Below, piece by piece: positions 9,041 to 19,472 of a DNA stretch of 64,000 nt. Position 1 is the first letter of the stretch, and each line of letters starts with the position of its first letter. The notes under the pieces are model-generated. The model saw nothing but the letters and a program-made list of their open reading frames with translations. It did no database searches and was not told the origin of the DNA. This stretch comes from Polyangiales bacterium (GTDB lineage: Bacteria; Myxococcota_A; Polyangia; Polyangiales; Ga0077539), in assembly GCA_044229975.1 (NCBI GenBank), contig JBGARZ010000012.1, forward strand, positions 128,001 through 192,000. Direction: 5' to 3'. The position numbers were made by a program, and so were the translations under genes.

Positions 9041-11536
9041 CTACCGCTGGTAGGGATTGCCCAGGTCGGGCGCGTCCGGGTCGGGCGGCGGCGGCGCCAC
9101 CGGAACCGGAACCGGCACCGGCACCACCCGCACTGGAGCCGTCGGCGCTCCCAGCACAGGCACCGGGGCGGTCGCTTCGGGCGCCTCGTCATCACGCCGC
9201 CGTCGTCGCCGTCGTCGCCCGCCGGGCTCCTCCGCGGGCGGCGCTGCCACGACCGCAGGCGTCGGCGCAGGGGCAGGTGCAGGCGGCTCGATGATGACCG
9301 GCGCAGGCGCGGGTGCGGGTGCGGGCGCGGGTGCGGGTGGAACGACCGCAGGCACAGGCGCAGGCGGAGCGACCACGACGGGCGCAGGCGCAGGCGGAGC
9401 GACGACCACGGGCGCGGGCGTTGGCGCGGGCCTGACCACCACGGGCGCAGGCGTCGGCGCAGGCGTCGGCGCGGGGGGATTGCGCGACATCATCCACAGG
9501 AGGCCGGCCGCTCCGAGCGCGGCGACGATGATCATCCCGAAGGCGAAGGCGAGGAGGTTGTTGCGACGTTCGCTGCCGGGTGAGGCGCGATGGGCGGCGG
9601 TAGCGACGGCCGACGGCGGCGCGGCTTCACCGCCCAGCGACCACGCCTGCTGTTGCTGCGAAGACGGCCCGTTGAGCGGACCAAACGGCGCCGTGTACGC
9701 CGGCCCGAGCACCCCCGACCCCTGCGTCGGCGGCAGCGGCGCGAACGACGGCTGCATCCCGCCGGGGCCTTGTCCCATCGGCGGATACGACGGGTACTGC
9801 TGTTGCTGCATCGGGGCCGTCTGCATCGGCGACGGGCCCGACGGGTACCGCTCCGGCGCCGCGCGCACCGGCGACGGGCCCGACTCGTACCGCATCGGCG
9901 CGGGCGCGAGCGCGGCCGCCATCTGTCCCCGATCAAAGGCACCCGACGGCTCGGGCTGGATCTCCTCGATGTCGTCGTCGATGTCCGCTTCGAGCGTCGC
10001 GTCGGGCGCCCCACCCGGAACCCCGCTGATGCGCAGCCGCTCCATGATGACGTCCATGGGCGCGGCCTCCATGATCGTCGCGTTGGCGTCGGGCTGCTCG
10101 AAGTCCGGCGCCGTCCCCGCCGCCTCGCCCTTCAGCCACGACTCGTGCGGCGACCCCGGGGCGACGGCCATGGTCGCCATCTCTTCATCGAAATCCTGCT
10201 CGAAGGTGAGCGCCACCGGCGCGGCGGGCGGCGGCTGCGACTCGGGCCCCATGCCCATCACCGTCGGCCGGTTGGGGCGCGCAGGCGGAGGCGTCACCGG
10301 GGCCGCCACCGTTGCCCTCAAGGGCAGCTTCGTCGGAGCAACGTTGGCCGCGCGCGGGGCAGGCTTCGGCGTGGGGGGCGCGACGGGCGCGGCGCGTTGC
10401 ACCGGGACGCCCACCATCGTCGGCGGGCGAAACTTCTGCCCCGGCGGCGGCATCGACGCGGGACCCGACTGCGAGCGCACCTGCGACGGCGCGGCCGACA
10501 GCGGCAGGTCGAGCGCCTTGAAGCTGCCGGTGCTCGCCCCCTCGGCGGTGGGCGGCAGGCCGTTGGCGATGCGACCGCGCTCGCGCTGGATGCGTTCGCC
10601 GCAGATCTTCTGCATGTACGCGGCGACCGCGCGGTGGTTGCCCGGACCACCCACCACCTTGGTCGCACGCTCGATGGCGTCGGCGAACTCGTGCGCCGAG
10701 GCGAAGCGGTTGGCCGGGTCGCGCTCCAGGGCCTTCATCACGACTTGCTCAAGGCTGGCGGGCACCGACGGCGCCGCGTCCTTCAAGCGGGGGATGGGCT
10801 CGAACAAGAGGTGGTTGAGCACCTCGACGTCGCTGTCGCCCTGGAAGAGACGGCGGCCCGCGAACACTTCCCAGAGGATGATGCCCATGGCGAAGAGGTC
10901 GACGCGGCGGTCGATCTCCTGCCGCCGGGTCTGCTCCGGGGCCATGTACGAGATCTTGCCCTTGAGCTGCCCGTCGCGGGTCTGCGTGAGGCGCGAGCCC
11001 GCCTTGGCGATACCGAAGTCGGTAAGACGCGCGGCGCCGTCGGTGCCGAGGAGGATGTTTTGCGGCGACACGTCGCGGTGGACGAGGTTGAGGAAGTCGC
11101 CGTTGTCGTCGACGAGGTCGTGCGCCGCCTGGAGGCCGCCGAGGATATCGAGCGCGATGCGCGACGCCACCGGGACGGGCACCTTGTCGCCCATCTTCGT
11201 CGCCATGCGCGAGAGCGTGAGCAGCGTCACGCCCTCGATGTATTCCATCACGATGTAGAGACCGTCCTGGTCTTCCACGTCGAGGGTCGCGACCACGTGC
11301 GGGTGCCGGATGCGCGCCGCCAGCCGCGCTTCATCCAGGAACATCTGCACGAACTCCTCCTCGCCTTCGAGGTGGGGGTGCAGCCGCTTGATGGCGACGA
11401 GCCGCGAGAACCCCTTGGCCCCCATGGACTTCGCCAGGAACACCGTGGCCATGCCGCCGGAGGCGATCTCGCCGAGCACCTCGTAGCGCCCGATGCGGCG
11501 CGCCTGCGGGGCCAACGGATCGTCGAAGCTCGCCAT
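9041..11536 (-). CDS. Hanks-type Ser/Thr protein kinase with a TM segment and Pro/Ala-rich tail
   Basis: IASGGMATV, VAIK, HRDVSPQN, DFGIAK and YMAPE motifs; TM LLAFAFGMIIVAALGAAGLLW. Confidence 0.96.
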   Translation of the reverse strand: MASFDDPLAPQARRIGRYEVLGEIASGGMATVFLAKSMGAKGFSRLVAIKRLHPHLEGEEEFVQMFLDEARLAARIRHPHVVATLDVEDQDGLYIVMEYIEGVTLLTLSRMATKMGDKVPVPVASRIALDILGGLQAAHDLVDDNGDFLNLVHRDVSPQNILLGTDGAARLTDFGIAKAGSRLTQTRDGQLKGKISYMAPEQTRRQEIDRRVDLFAMGIILWEVFAGRRLFQGDSDVEVLNHLLFEPIPRLKDAAPSVPASLEQVVMKALERDPANRFASAHEFADAIERATKVVGGPGNHRAVAAYMQKICGERIQRERGRIANGLPPTAEGASTGSFKALDLPLSAAPSQVRSQSGPASMPPPGQKFRPPTMVGVPVQRAAPVAPPTPKPAPRAANVAPTKLPLRATVAAPVTPPPARPNRPTVMGMGPESQPPPAAPVALTFEQDFDEEMATMAVAPGSPHESWLKGEAAGTAPDFEQPDANATIMEAAPMDVIMERLRISGVPGGAPDATLEADIDDDIEEIQPEPSGAFDRGQMAAALAPAPMRYESGPSPVRAAPERYPSGPSPMQTAPMQQQQYPSYPPMGQGPGGMQPSFAPLPPTQGSGVLGPAYTAPFGPLNGPSSQQQQAWSLGGEAAPPSAVATAAHRASPGSERRNNLLAFAFGMIIVAALGAAGLLWMMSRNPPAPTPAPTPAPVVVRPAPTPAPVVVAPPAPAPVVVAPPAPVPAVVPPAPAPAPAPAPAPVIIEPPAPAPAPTPAVVAAPPAEEPGGRRRRRRRRDDEAPEATAPVPVLGAPTAPVRVVPVPVPVPVAPPPPDPDAPDLGNPYQR

Positions 11537-12519
11537 CAGAACCTTCCCCCGACGACCACGCCCGAGGCTGAGATGCCCGCGTACGGCCGGGCGCTACGCC
11601 AGCGCGTGAAGAACGCCCCGATGATGACGGTGGTGACGCCCGCCGCGGCGGTGGCGCCCGCGAGGACGTTGGTGCGCAGCTCGCGCACGCGCCCGTCGTC
11701 GAGGGCCGCCTGGGTGGGGTTGCTGGCGTACTCCTCGCTGCCCGCGACGGTGTCGAGGCCGCTCCAGACGAGGGCGCCGGCGAGGCCGAGGGTGATGATG
11801 GTGCCGGTGACGAAGACCCCGGCCGGGAGCCCGTCGGGTGTGGGCGGATCGACTGGTCGCTCGACCGGCGGCGGCGTGACGGGCCGCTCGGCGGTGGGGG
11901 CCTGACCGCGCAGAACGGGCGGGAGTTCGTTGTCGGTGACGGGGGTCGACGGTGTGAGGGGTGGCGTCGGAGCGGCGGGCGCGCGCAGGCCGTCGACGGG
12001 CATGGTGAGCTCGATGGGGTTGTTGCTCCCGGCGAGGAGGTTGAGCTGGCGGTGGGTGACGCGCATGCCCCACGCGCCGGTGAGGGTGTGGGCGCCGGGG
12101 TCGGCGAAGACGTCGGCGCGGCAGGAGCGGTCGTCGAGGGAGAGGTCGCAGCCGTCGCACTGCACGGTGATGCGCGCGAGCGAGGGGGAGAGCTCGTCGA
12201 TGACGCGCTGGGCGTAGGCGGTGATGCGGGGGTCGCTCACCTCGCGGCGCTGGAGGGTGAGCGCGAGGGTGGCGGCGCGGGCGTCGTGCGTGGGGGTGTG
12301 CACGCCGCGGTGTGCGCGGATGGCCTGGATGAGCGCTTGCGGCGCGGGGCTGGTGCGGTCGGCGGTCTCGAAGAACTCCGCGGCGGCGCTGAAGTCCCCA
12401 TTGGTGAAGGCGCGCTGGCCCTGCTCGTAGGCGGCCGCGGCCTCGTCGGTGCTGGTCTGCGCGAAGGCCGGGGTGGAGCCGAGGGCGAGCGCGCAGGAGA
12501 ATGCGACGCCTCGGAGCAT
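11536..12519 (-). CDS. Exported TPR/PEGA-like protein (typical myxobacterial kinase partner)
   Basis: Signal peptide ending AFA-Q, TPR-like [12 protein letters not shown]...AAEFFETA, and a C-terminal hydrophobic hairpin ending GGRF; overlaps the kinase start by 1 nt. Confidence 0.75.
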   Translation of the reverse strand: MLRGVAFSCALALGSTPAFAQTSTDEAAAAYEQGQRAFTNGDFSAAAEFFETADRTSPAPQALIQAIRAHRGVHTPTHDARAATLALTLQRREVSDPRITAYAQRVIDELSPSLARITVQCDGCDLSLDDRSCRADVFADPGAHTLTGAWGMRVTHRQLNLLAGSNNPIELTMPVDGLRAPAAPTPPLTPSTPVTDNELPPVLRGQAPTAERPVTPPPVERPVDPPTPDGLPAGVFVTGTIITLGLAGALVWSGLDTVAGSEEYASNPTQAALDDGRVRELRTNVLAGATAAAGVTTVIIGAFFTRWRSARPYAGISASGVVVGGRF

Positions 12520-12701
12520 CGCACCCCCTCGGGGCACCACCGGCGTCAGGAACATCACCGCCACGGTGGCGACATGCTTCGAAATTCGAGCGGGGAAGTC
12601 AAGGATCGCGAGCGCCGCGAGGTAGGTCAACGGAGTCACGCCACGGTGCGTTGGAGGTGCGTTGCGGGACGGGAGAGGGGGACGTAAGGTCCGCGCCGCT
12701 C

Positions 12702-13811
12702 ATGGCCACGGACTATTACGAAGTGCTGGGCGTCGCGCGCGGCGCGACGGGCGAGGAGATCAAGTCGGCGTACCGCAAGGCGGCGCTGAAGTATCACCCC
12801 GACCGCAACCCCAACGACGCCGAGGCAGAGGCGAAGTTCAAACAGTGTTCGGAGGCGTACCACGTGCTCTCCGACGCCGATCGGCGGGCGCACTTCGACC
12901 GACACGGCAGCGCCCCGTCGGGGCCGGGTGGGATGCCCGACTTCCAGCAGATCAACATCGAGGAGCTGTTCAGCGACCTGATGGGGGGACTGTTCGGCAA
13001 CATGGGCGGCGGGGTCGGGAGCTTCGTGCGGGGGCAGACACGCGGCGGTCGCGACATCGCGCTCGACCTGAGCATCACCCTCGAAGAGGCCGCCAGGGGT
13101 TGCGAGAAGACCATCGAGTTCGAGCGACCCGCGGTGTGCGACACGTGCTCGGGCCGCGGGGCCGCGCCGGGGACGGCGGTGGACACCTGCCCGGCGTGTA
13201 CGGGGCGCGGCGAGGTCCGGTACCAGCAGGGCTTCTTCAAGATGAGCCGGCCGTGCGGTCGCTGCGGCGCCAAGGGGACCATCCCCCGCGAGCCGTGCGC
13301 GAAGTGCAGCGGGTCGGGCGTGATGAAGCGCACCGAGAAGCTCCAGGTGGTGCTGCCCGCGGGTGTTGATGACGGCGCGACGCGCACGGTCGACGGGTAT
13401 GGCGAGGCGCCGGGCAACGGGATGCCGTCGGGCAACCTGGAGATCACGGTGCGCATCGCGCAGCACGACGTGTTCACGCGGGACGGGCAGGACCTGCGCT
13501 GCACCCTGCCCCTGACCTTCCCCCAGGCGGCGCTCGGATCGATGGTGGACGTGCCGACGCTCGAAGGCGGCGCGAAGCTGCGGATCCCGGCGGGCACGCA
13601 GCCCGGGCAGGAGCTGCGGCTGCGCGGCAAGGGTATGCCGCGGTTTGGCGGGTATGCGCGCGGCGATCAGATCGTGACGGTGTCGCTGGAGGTTCCGACG
13701 ACGCTGAGTGACGAGCAGAGGGCGCTCATCACGCAGCTCGCGGCGTCGCTCGGCCAGGAGACGCACCCACAGCAGAAGACCTTCTTCGAGAAGCTCAAAG
13801 ACCTCCTCTAA
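12702..13811 (+). CDS. dnaJ: Class A J-domain chaperone DnaJ (copy 1)
   Basis: [14 protein letters not shown] motif, four CxxCxGxG-type repeats and a C-terminal domain. Confidence 0.93.
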   Translation: MATDYYEVLGVARGATGEEIKSAYRKAALKYHPDRNPNDAEAEAKFKQCSEAYHVLSDADRRAHFDRHGSAPSGPGGMPDFQQINIEELFSDLMGGLFGNMGGGVGSFVRGQTRGGRDIALDLSITLEEAARGCEKTIEFERPAVCDTCSGRGAAPGTAVDTCPACTGRGEVRYQQGFFKMSRPCGRCGAKGTIPREPCAKCSGSGVMKRTEKLQVVLPAGVDDGATRTVDGYGEAPGNGMPSGNLEITVRIAQHDVFTRDGQDLRCTLPLTFPQAALGSMVDVPTLEGGAKLRIPAGTQPGQELRLRGKGMPRFGGYARGDQIVTVSLEVPTTLSDEQRALITQLAASLGQETHPQQKTFFEKLKDLL

Positions 13812-13832
13812 AGTTGATCGGGATATACGGCG

Positions 13833-14933
13833 ATGGCAGCGGGCAAGCGGGATTACTACGAGGTTCTCGGGGTGCAGAAGACCTCGACGGCCGACGAGAT
13901 CAAGAAGTCGTTTCGGAAGGAGGCGTTCAAGTACCACCCCGACCGCAACGAGGGTAACGCCGAGGCCGAGGCGAAGTTCAAGGAGGCCACCGAGGCCTAC
14001 GACGTGCTGTCCGACAGCGAGAAGCGGAAGATCTACGACCAGTACGGTCACGCCGGTCTCGAAGGTCAGGGCATGCGGCCGCCCGAGGACATCTTCGAGC
14101 AGTTTCAAGACCTCTTCGCCGACTTCTTCGGCTCGGGCTTCGGCGGTGGTGGCGGCGGCGGCGGACGCGGTCGCGGCGGCGGTCGCAACAGCCAGCCGAG
14201 GGTTCAGCCGGGACGTGACCTGCGCACGGGCGTGAGGCTGAACCTCCGCGAGGCGGTGTTTGGCACCAAGCGCGACGTGAGCGTGGTGTTTCCGGCGGTG
14301 TGCGCGACCTGCAACGGGAGCGGCGCGGCGAAGGGCAGTCAGCCCGTGACGTGCAACGGCTGCAAGGGCCGCGGCCAGGTCACGCAGGGGAGCATGGGCT
14401 TCATGATCGCGATGCCGTGCCCCGAGTGTGGCGGTGCGGGCAAGGTGATCAACAAGCCGTGCGGTGACTGTCGGGGCAGGGGCGAGGTGCGCTCGGAGAA
14501 GAAGGTGAAGGTGTCGATCCCCGCGGGCATCGACCACGGGCAGGCGATTCGCGTGGGCGGCCACGGCGAGCCGGGGCCCAACGGCGGCCCGGCGGGCAAC
14601 CTGCTGGTGGTGGTCGAGGTCGAGCAGGACTCGAAGTTCCAGCGCGAGGGCAACGACCTGCTCGTGGAGGTGCCGGTGGCGTTCCATATCGCGGCGCTGG
14701 GCGGGAGCGCGGAGCTGTCCAACCTCGATGGGACGCCCGTGACGGTGCAGATCCCGCCGGGCACGCAGCCCAACACGGCGTTTACGCTGGAGGGTATTGG
14801 CGTCCCGTACGTGGACGGCGGCGGCCGGGGGAACCTCATCGCCGTCGCGCGGGTGGAAGTGCCGCGGCGCATGAACGCCAAGGCCCGCAAGGCCCTCGAA
14901 GACTTCGCGAGGGCGCTCAACGGGGAAGGGTGA
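13833..14933 (+). CDS. dnaJ: Class A J-domain chaperone DnaJ (copy 2)
   Basis: [13 protein letters not shown] motif, G/F-rich region and four CxxCxGxG repeats. Confidence 0.93.
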   Translation: MAAGKRDYYEVLGVQKTSTADEIKKSFRKEAFKYHPDRNEGNAEAEAKFKEATEAYDVLSDSEKRKIYDQYGHAGLEGQGMRPPEDIFEQFQDLFADFFGSGFGGGGGGGGRGRGGGRNSQPRVQPGRDLRTGVRLNLREAVFGTKRDVSVVFPAVCATCNGSGAAKGSQPVTCNGCKGRGQVTQGSMGFMIAMPCPECGGAGKVINKPCGDCRGRGEVRSEKKVKVSIPAGIDHGQAIRVGGHGEPGPNGGPAGNLLVVVEVEQDSKFQREGNDLLVEVPVAFHIAALGGSAELSNLDGTPVTVQIPPGTQPNTAFTLEGIGVPYVDGGGRGNLIAVARVEVPRRMNAKARKALEDFARALNGEG

Positions 14934-17080
14934 GGCCCGGGGTTCGGGCGTCGGCCCTCGCCCTCTCTCTCGCCGCCTCCACAGCGGGCGCGCAGACGCC
15001 TCCGCAGCGCGTCGTCGTGGGCTCGTCCGCGGTGCTCGTCACCACCACCGCGACCACGGCGCGCGTCGCCACGTCGACCGGAACGGTGCTCTGGGAAGGC
15101 CCGACGACGTGGCAGGGGGAAGACCTCGGGATGCGTACCCGCGACGCGGTCACCGTCGACCACGGTGCCGTCGTCCGTGAGCGCTACGAGGAGAGCGGCG
15201 GGCCCTGCGGCGTCGGCGAGGTCCCGTCCGAGCGGTGGGTGGTCGACGCGTCGCTGCGCTTCGTTCGCGCACCCGACACGCGGCTCGCGGCGCTGGCGCA
15301 GACGGCCTTCGCGAGCGCCGAAGCGTCGGGGGCGAGCGTCGTCGCAGGCGCGTCGCCCGCGCTGCCGTTGCGGGGTGCGCGGGGTCGGCTCGCGGACGGC
15401 GCGGCGGTGTCCTCGCGGGCGCTGGAAGACGGCGACGCGCGCACCACGCAGGCGCTGACGGCGGGATCGTTCGTGACCGTACGACCGTCCCTCGGACCGG
15501 TGGCGCTGCGAGCAATGGAGCTCACCTCCGCGCCGGGCAGCGACCTCCCGCGGCGCTGGCTGCTCGCGGCCGAGCCCGGCGGGGTTCGGCGCGCGGTGAC
15601 GCTCACGCCGGAGGTGCTGGCGACGGCGCGGCGAGCGGGGCGTGTGCGGGTGATGCTGCCCACCATGGAGCGTGCGGAGTGCGTGACCCTCGTGGCGCTC
15701 GACCCCGGTGTGGTGGGCGATCTCGGGTGGATGACCTCCCTCGACGCGTCGGGCGACGGCGGCGTGGCGGCGCTGCTCGCGGCGGCCGACGGACCAGACG
15801 GAGACGCGGCGCTTCGCATGGCGCTCACGCTGGGCGAGCGGGGCGAGCGCGCGGTCATCGACGCGCTGCCGACGATGGGCGTGGTGGCGGCGCGTCGGGC
15901 GGTGCGGGCGCTGGCGGCGACGGGGCGCGCGACGGCGGTGACGGCGGCGGCGCGGGCGATGGCGCGCGACGAGGTGGTGGCCGCGGCGGAAGAGGCGCTC
16001 CAGCGAGCGGGCGCTCCGGCGATGGCGGCGGTGGCGGCGGTGGTGCCGGAGGTTCCGCGGGCGCTGCGGGCCATCGGGGGAATGCGGGCGTCGTGGGGCG
16101 CGCGGCTGGGCGCGGCGGCCTCGCTGCTGGGCGCGACGGACGACGCGTGGCGCGAGGGGCTGCCGACGCTGCGAGCGATGCTCACCGCGGCGGCGCGGGA
16201 GGACGGCGCGCGCTCGTGGGTCGAGGCGCTGCCGACGAGCGAGCCCGGTCGCTCGCGCGGGTTGCGCGTGGTGGCCGAGGCGCTGCGGGCGGACGACCCG
16301 GTGATGGCCCTGGCAGCGGAGCGGGCGCGGGCGCAGTGGGAGACGATGACGGAGTTCGCGTCGCGGTGGAGACTCCTGTCGCCGATGGCGGGCGACGCGG
16401 CGGGGCGAACGCTGGTCGGAGAGTTGGTCGCGGGTCGCGGTCCGGGCGCGACGGACGCCGATCTGCGGGCCGAGGGCGCGCGGGTGCTCGGGCGCGCCAA
16501 CGACACCACGGCGGCGTTGCTGGCGGGGTTGCGGGATGATGTTCCGCGGGTGAGGACGGCGGCGGCGACGGCGCTGCGGGGGCGGGTCGACGCGGTGGCG
16601 GGGCTGCGCGAGGTGCTGGCAGGCGATCGCTGGCCGACGGTTCGGGTGGCGGCGGCGGAGGCGCTGGGGCCGCGGGCGGAGGGAGCCGCGGCGCTGACGG
16701 CGGCGCTCGATACGCGCAACGCGCTGGTGGTGCGGGCGGCGCTGCGAGCGCTCGGAGAGAACCCCGGGGCGGGCGTGACGGCGCGGCTGGTCGCGTTTGC
16801 GAGCGACGGAGCGAGGGCGTCGCTCCTGCGACGCGAGGCGGTGGACGCGCTGGCGGGGCGCTGCGACGCGAGCGCGCTCGATGGCCTGGAGGCGATCGCG
16901 GCGACGCTGGGTGACGGCGCGCTGCCCGAGTACGAGCAGGACGTCGGGCACGCGGCGCTGGCGGCGATGGCGCGCATCGATGCGGGGCGGGCGCGGGCGT
17001 TTCTGGCGAGGAGCGAGGCCAACCCGGCGGCGCGAGCGGCGGTGGAGCGAGCGGCGCGCGGCGGGTGCGTAGCGCGGTAG
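14930..17080 (+). CDS. Exported HEAT-repeat protein
   Basis: Signal-like N-terminus; HEAT-like repeats ([38 protein letters not shown]); GTGA overlap with dnaJ2. Confidence 0.7.
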   Translation: MRPGVRASALALSLAASTAGAQTPPQRVVVGSSAVLVTTTATTARVATSTGTVLWEGPTTWQGEDLGMRTRDAVTVDHGAVVRERYEESGGPCGVGEVPSERWVVDASLRFVRAPDTRLAALAQTAFASAEASGASVVAGASPALPLRGARGRLADGAAVSSRALEDGDARTTQALTAGSFVTVRPSLGPVALRAMELTSAPGSDLPRRWLLAAEPGGVRRAVTLTPEVLATARRAGRVRVMLPTMERAECVTLVALDPGVVGDLGWMTSLDASGDGGVAALLAAADGPDGDAALRMALTLGERGERAVIDALPTMGVVAARRAVRALAATGRATAVTAAARAMARDEVVAAAEEALQRAGAPAMAAVAAVVPEVPRALRAIGGMRASWGARLGAAASLLGATDDAWREGLPTLRAMLTAAAREDGARSWVEALPTSEPGRSRGLRVVAEALRADDPVMALAAERARAQWETMTEFASRWRLLSPMAGDAAGRTLVGELVAGRGPGATDADLRAEGARVLGRANDTTAALLAGLRDDVPRVRTAAATALRGRVDAVAGLREVLAGDRWPTVRVAAAEALGPRAEGAAALTAALDTRNALVVRAALRALGENPGAGVTARLVAFASDGARASLLRREAVDALAGRCDASALDGLEAIAATLGDGALPEYEQDVGHAALAAMARIDAGRARAFLARSEANPAARAAVERAARGGCVAR

Positions 17081-17120
17081 CGACGCGTTCGTCGTGGCGA
17101 CGCGCGGACGGCGATAGAGA

Positions 17121-17257
17121 AGCCGCCAGGACGCAAGGGTCGCAAGGAACAGATAGGTAAGGGTGGGAAGACGGGACTCGGTGAAGGTCGACTGCTCTGC
17201 GCGCTGTGCCTCGATCCTTCTCCGTCTGTTCCTTGCGACCCTTGCGCCCTGGCGGCT
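17121..17257. repeat. REP-like inverted doublet between convergent genes
   Basis: AGCCGCCAGGACGCAAGGGTCGCAAGGAACAGA (17121-17153) and its reverse complement at 17225-17257 with 1 mismatch. Confidence 0.85.
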
Positions 17258-17283
17258 CTTCTCCCTCTACGCCCCCCACGCGA

Positions 17284-19200
17284 TCACGACGTCGACCGGG
17301 GCGCCTCGTAGATCAGCCAGGTGCCTTCGTGCGTGGGCATGACCAGGCGTCGGCCATCGCGCGCCACGAAGACCCTCCAGCGCACGGAGGTGGGCAGCGA
17401 CATCGACGAGCGCACCTCCAGCGTCGACGGGTGGCGCGCGTCGAGGCGCAGACCCCGGTCGAGCAGCAGCAGTGAGCCGTCACCGGCCCAGTCGACGCCG
17501 ACGAGGTGGGCGACGCCGTGCTTGCGCGGGTCGACGGCGCAGAGCACCTCCGCCCCGGTCGGCGCCACCACCACGAGGCGGAAGACGTCACCCGCCGCCG
17601 CGAGCGAGCCGTCCGCGGAGACCGCGAGGGCGGTCGCGTTGGCGACGATGTCCTTCGGCAGCAGCAGCCAGCGCTCCAGGAAGTCGCCGTCCGAGAGCTG
17701 GATGCGGCCACAGCCCGTCACGCCGTAGAGCACCACGGTGTCGTCGTCCCATCGCACCCGGCGAGGGTGCAGGCTGGACTCGATGCGCCAGCGGCGCTGC
17801 CCGCGCGAGTCCACCAGCGAGAGGGCGACGCGGCGCTCCTTCGTCGCGTCCACGGTGAGCAGCGACTCTCCGTCGGGCGACGGGAAGAAGTGCGAGGTCA
17901 TCGCAAACGCGTCGGGCTCCAACGACCAGCCGGGCGCGCCGGTCGACGCGTCCCACGAGCGGATACCCCCGCGCTGGGTCGTCACGAAGAACCGCGGCGC
18001 TCCCTCGGACACGGCCAACGTGAGCAGGCGACATGGCGCCGTGAGGCCGGGTGCGATGGCCCTGATCTCCTTCGGAAAGCGGTGGACCACCACGCCCGCG
18101 TCGAGGTCCCACACCAGGACATCCGCGTCGTCATCGGCGGTGGCGGCCCAACGCCCCTCGGGATGAACCACGAAGGAACCCACGAGCTCGGCGTGACCGT
18201 CTCCCAGGGGAACGGGCGTGAGGTCGGGGCCGACGAGGCGTTGGAAGGCGAGGCCGTAGGTGACCCAGAGAGAACCGTCCGGGGCGAGACAGGGCTGACA
18301 CGACCACCCCGACATGTGATCGAACTCTCGCGTGGCGCGGGTGGCCAACGTCGCCGGGTCGAGGCGGTGCACCACCATCGGGAGATAGGCCGGGCCCGCG
18401 ACGACCACGAGCGAGCCGTCGGCCGTCCAACGAGGGCCGCGGAGCATCGACGCCGGGAAGGAACGCTGCGCGGAGATGGTGCGGTCGGAGAGGTTCCAGA
18501 CGCGCAGGCCGTGGGTGCGGCCGAGGGTGAGCAGCGCACCGTCGGAGCGCCACGCCACGCCGTGGTCGTCCTCATCGCCCACGTCGCCGACGCCCTTGCC
18601 CTTCGCGAGCTCGTAGACTCGCACCACCGCGTCGCCCGCCACCGCGAGGCGTTGACCGTCGGGTGCGAAGGCAACGTCCGTCACGCGCCGGCGCACACCC
18701 TTCAGGGTGAGCCGTACCTGCAACGTGCTCGCATCGAGGAGGCGCACCGGCTTGTCCGCCTTCTGTGCCTTGCTGCGCGGCTCTCCGCTGGCGACCGCCA
18801 CGCTCGCTCCATCGGGCGAGAGGACGACACACCCGAGGGCCGAGGTCGCGCATGGGTGGGCGACGCCCAAGGTGAGGACGTCGGCGTCGCGGACGGTTCC
18901 GGCGCGGGCGAGCGTGGCGACGTCGAAGAGCAGGAGTGTGCCGTCGGAGGCGCCGACGAGGAGGCGCGCGTCGTCGAGGAAGCAGCCGCACGCGCGGACG
19001 TCGTGGCTCTGGAGCTGGGCGAGTCGCTCGCCGTGCTGGTCAAAGAGCTCGACCGCGGTGTTGGAGAGCATCGCGACGTGGCGACCATCGGGCGAGATCG
19101 CGACGTGCGCGTGGTTGAACGCGCGAAACGGGACGCGTCCGACGACGCGCGGCGGCGGGAGCGACGAGAGGTCCATCGGGGGCGCACGATACAGCGCCAT
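17284..19200 (-). CDS. WD40/YVTN beta-propeller repeat protein
   Basis: Repeated SPDG, VAFAPDG, GH..LV and VLVWDL motifs; the true start may be 19176. Confidence 0.85.
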   Translation of the reverse strand: MALYRAPPMDLSSLPPPRVVGRVPFRAFNHAHVAISPDGRHVAMLSNTAVELFDQHGERLAQLQSHDVRACGCFLDDARLLVGASDGTLLLFDVATLARAGTVRDADVLTLGVAHPCATSALGCVVLSPDGASVAVASGEPRSKAQKADKPVRLLDASTLQVRLTLKGVRRRVTDVAFAPDGQRLAVAGDAVVRVYELAKGKGVGDVGDEDDHGVAWRSDGALLTLGRTHGLRVWNLSDRTISAQRSFPASMLRGPRWTADGSLVVVAGPAYLPMVVHRLDPATLATRATREFDHMSGWSCQPCLAPDGSLWVTYGLAFQRLVGPDLTPVPLGDGHAELVGSFVVHPEGRWAATADDDADVLVWDLDAGVVVHRFPKEIRAIAPGLTAPCRLLTLAVSEGAPRFFVTTQRGGIRSWDASTGAPGWSLEPDAFAMTSHFFPSPDGESLLTVDATKERRVALSLVDSRGQRRWRIESSLHPRRVRWDDDTVVLYGVTGCGRIQLSDGDFLERWLLLPKDIVANATALAVSADGSLAAAGDVFRLVVVAPTGAEVLCAVDPRKHGVAHLVGVDWAGDGSLLLLDRGLRLDARHPSTLEVRSSMSLPTSVRWRVFVARDGRRLVMPTHEGTWLIYEAPRSTS

Positions 19201-19472
19201 CGCGCATATAGTCCGAGGCCCTCCGATGCGTTCGGCCCGCGCCCCGCTGGATACGGGTGGTGCGCATCGTCCTCGACACCCGCCGCGTCACCGGCTGGAA
19301 CGAGATCGACGCCATCGGCCTCGCCCGCACGCCGTGAGCACGGCATCCACGCACCTACCTGCCCCCCGCGAAGTGCTCTTGGTTGTTGACCTCGCCAACC
19401 ATCGCGAGACACTCACCCCTCTGAACCGACGTCCCGCGGTCCGTCCACCGCGTGATCGTCAGGAGGTGCACC

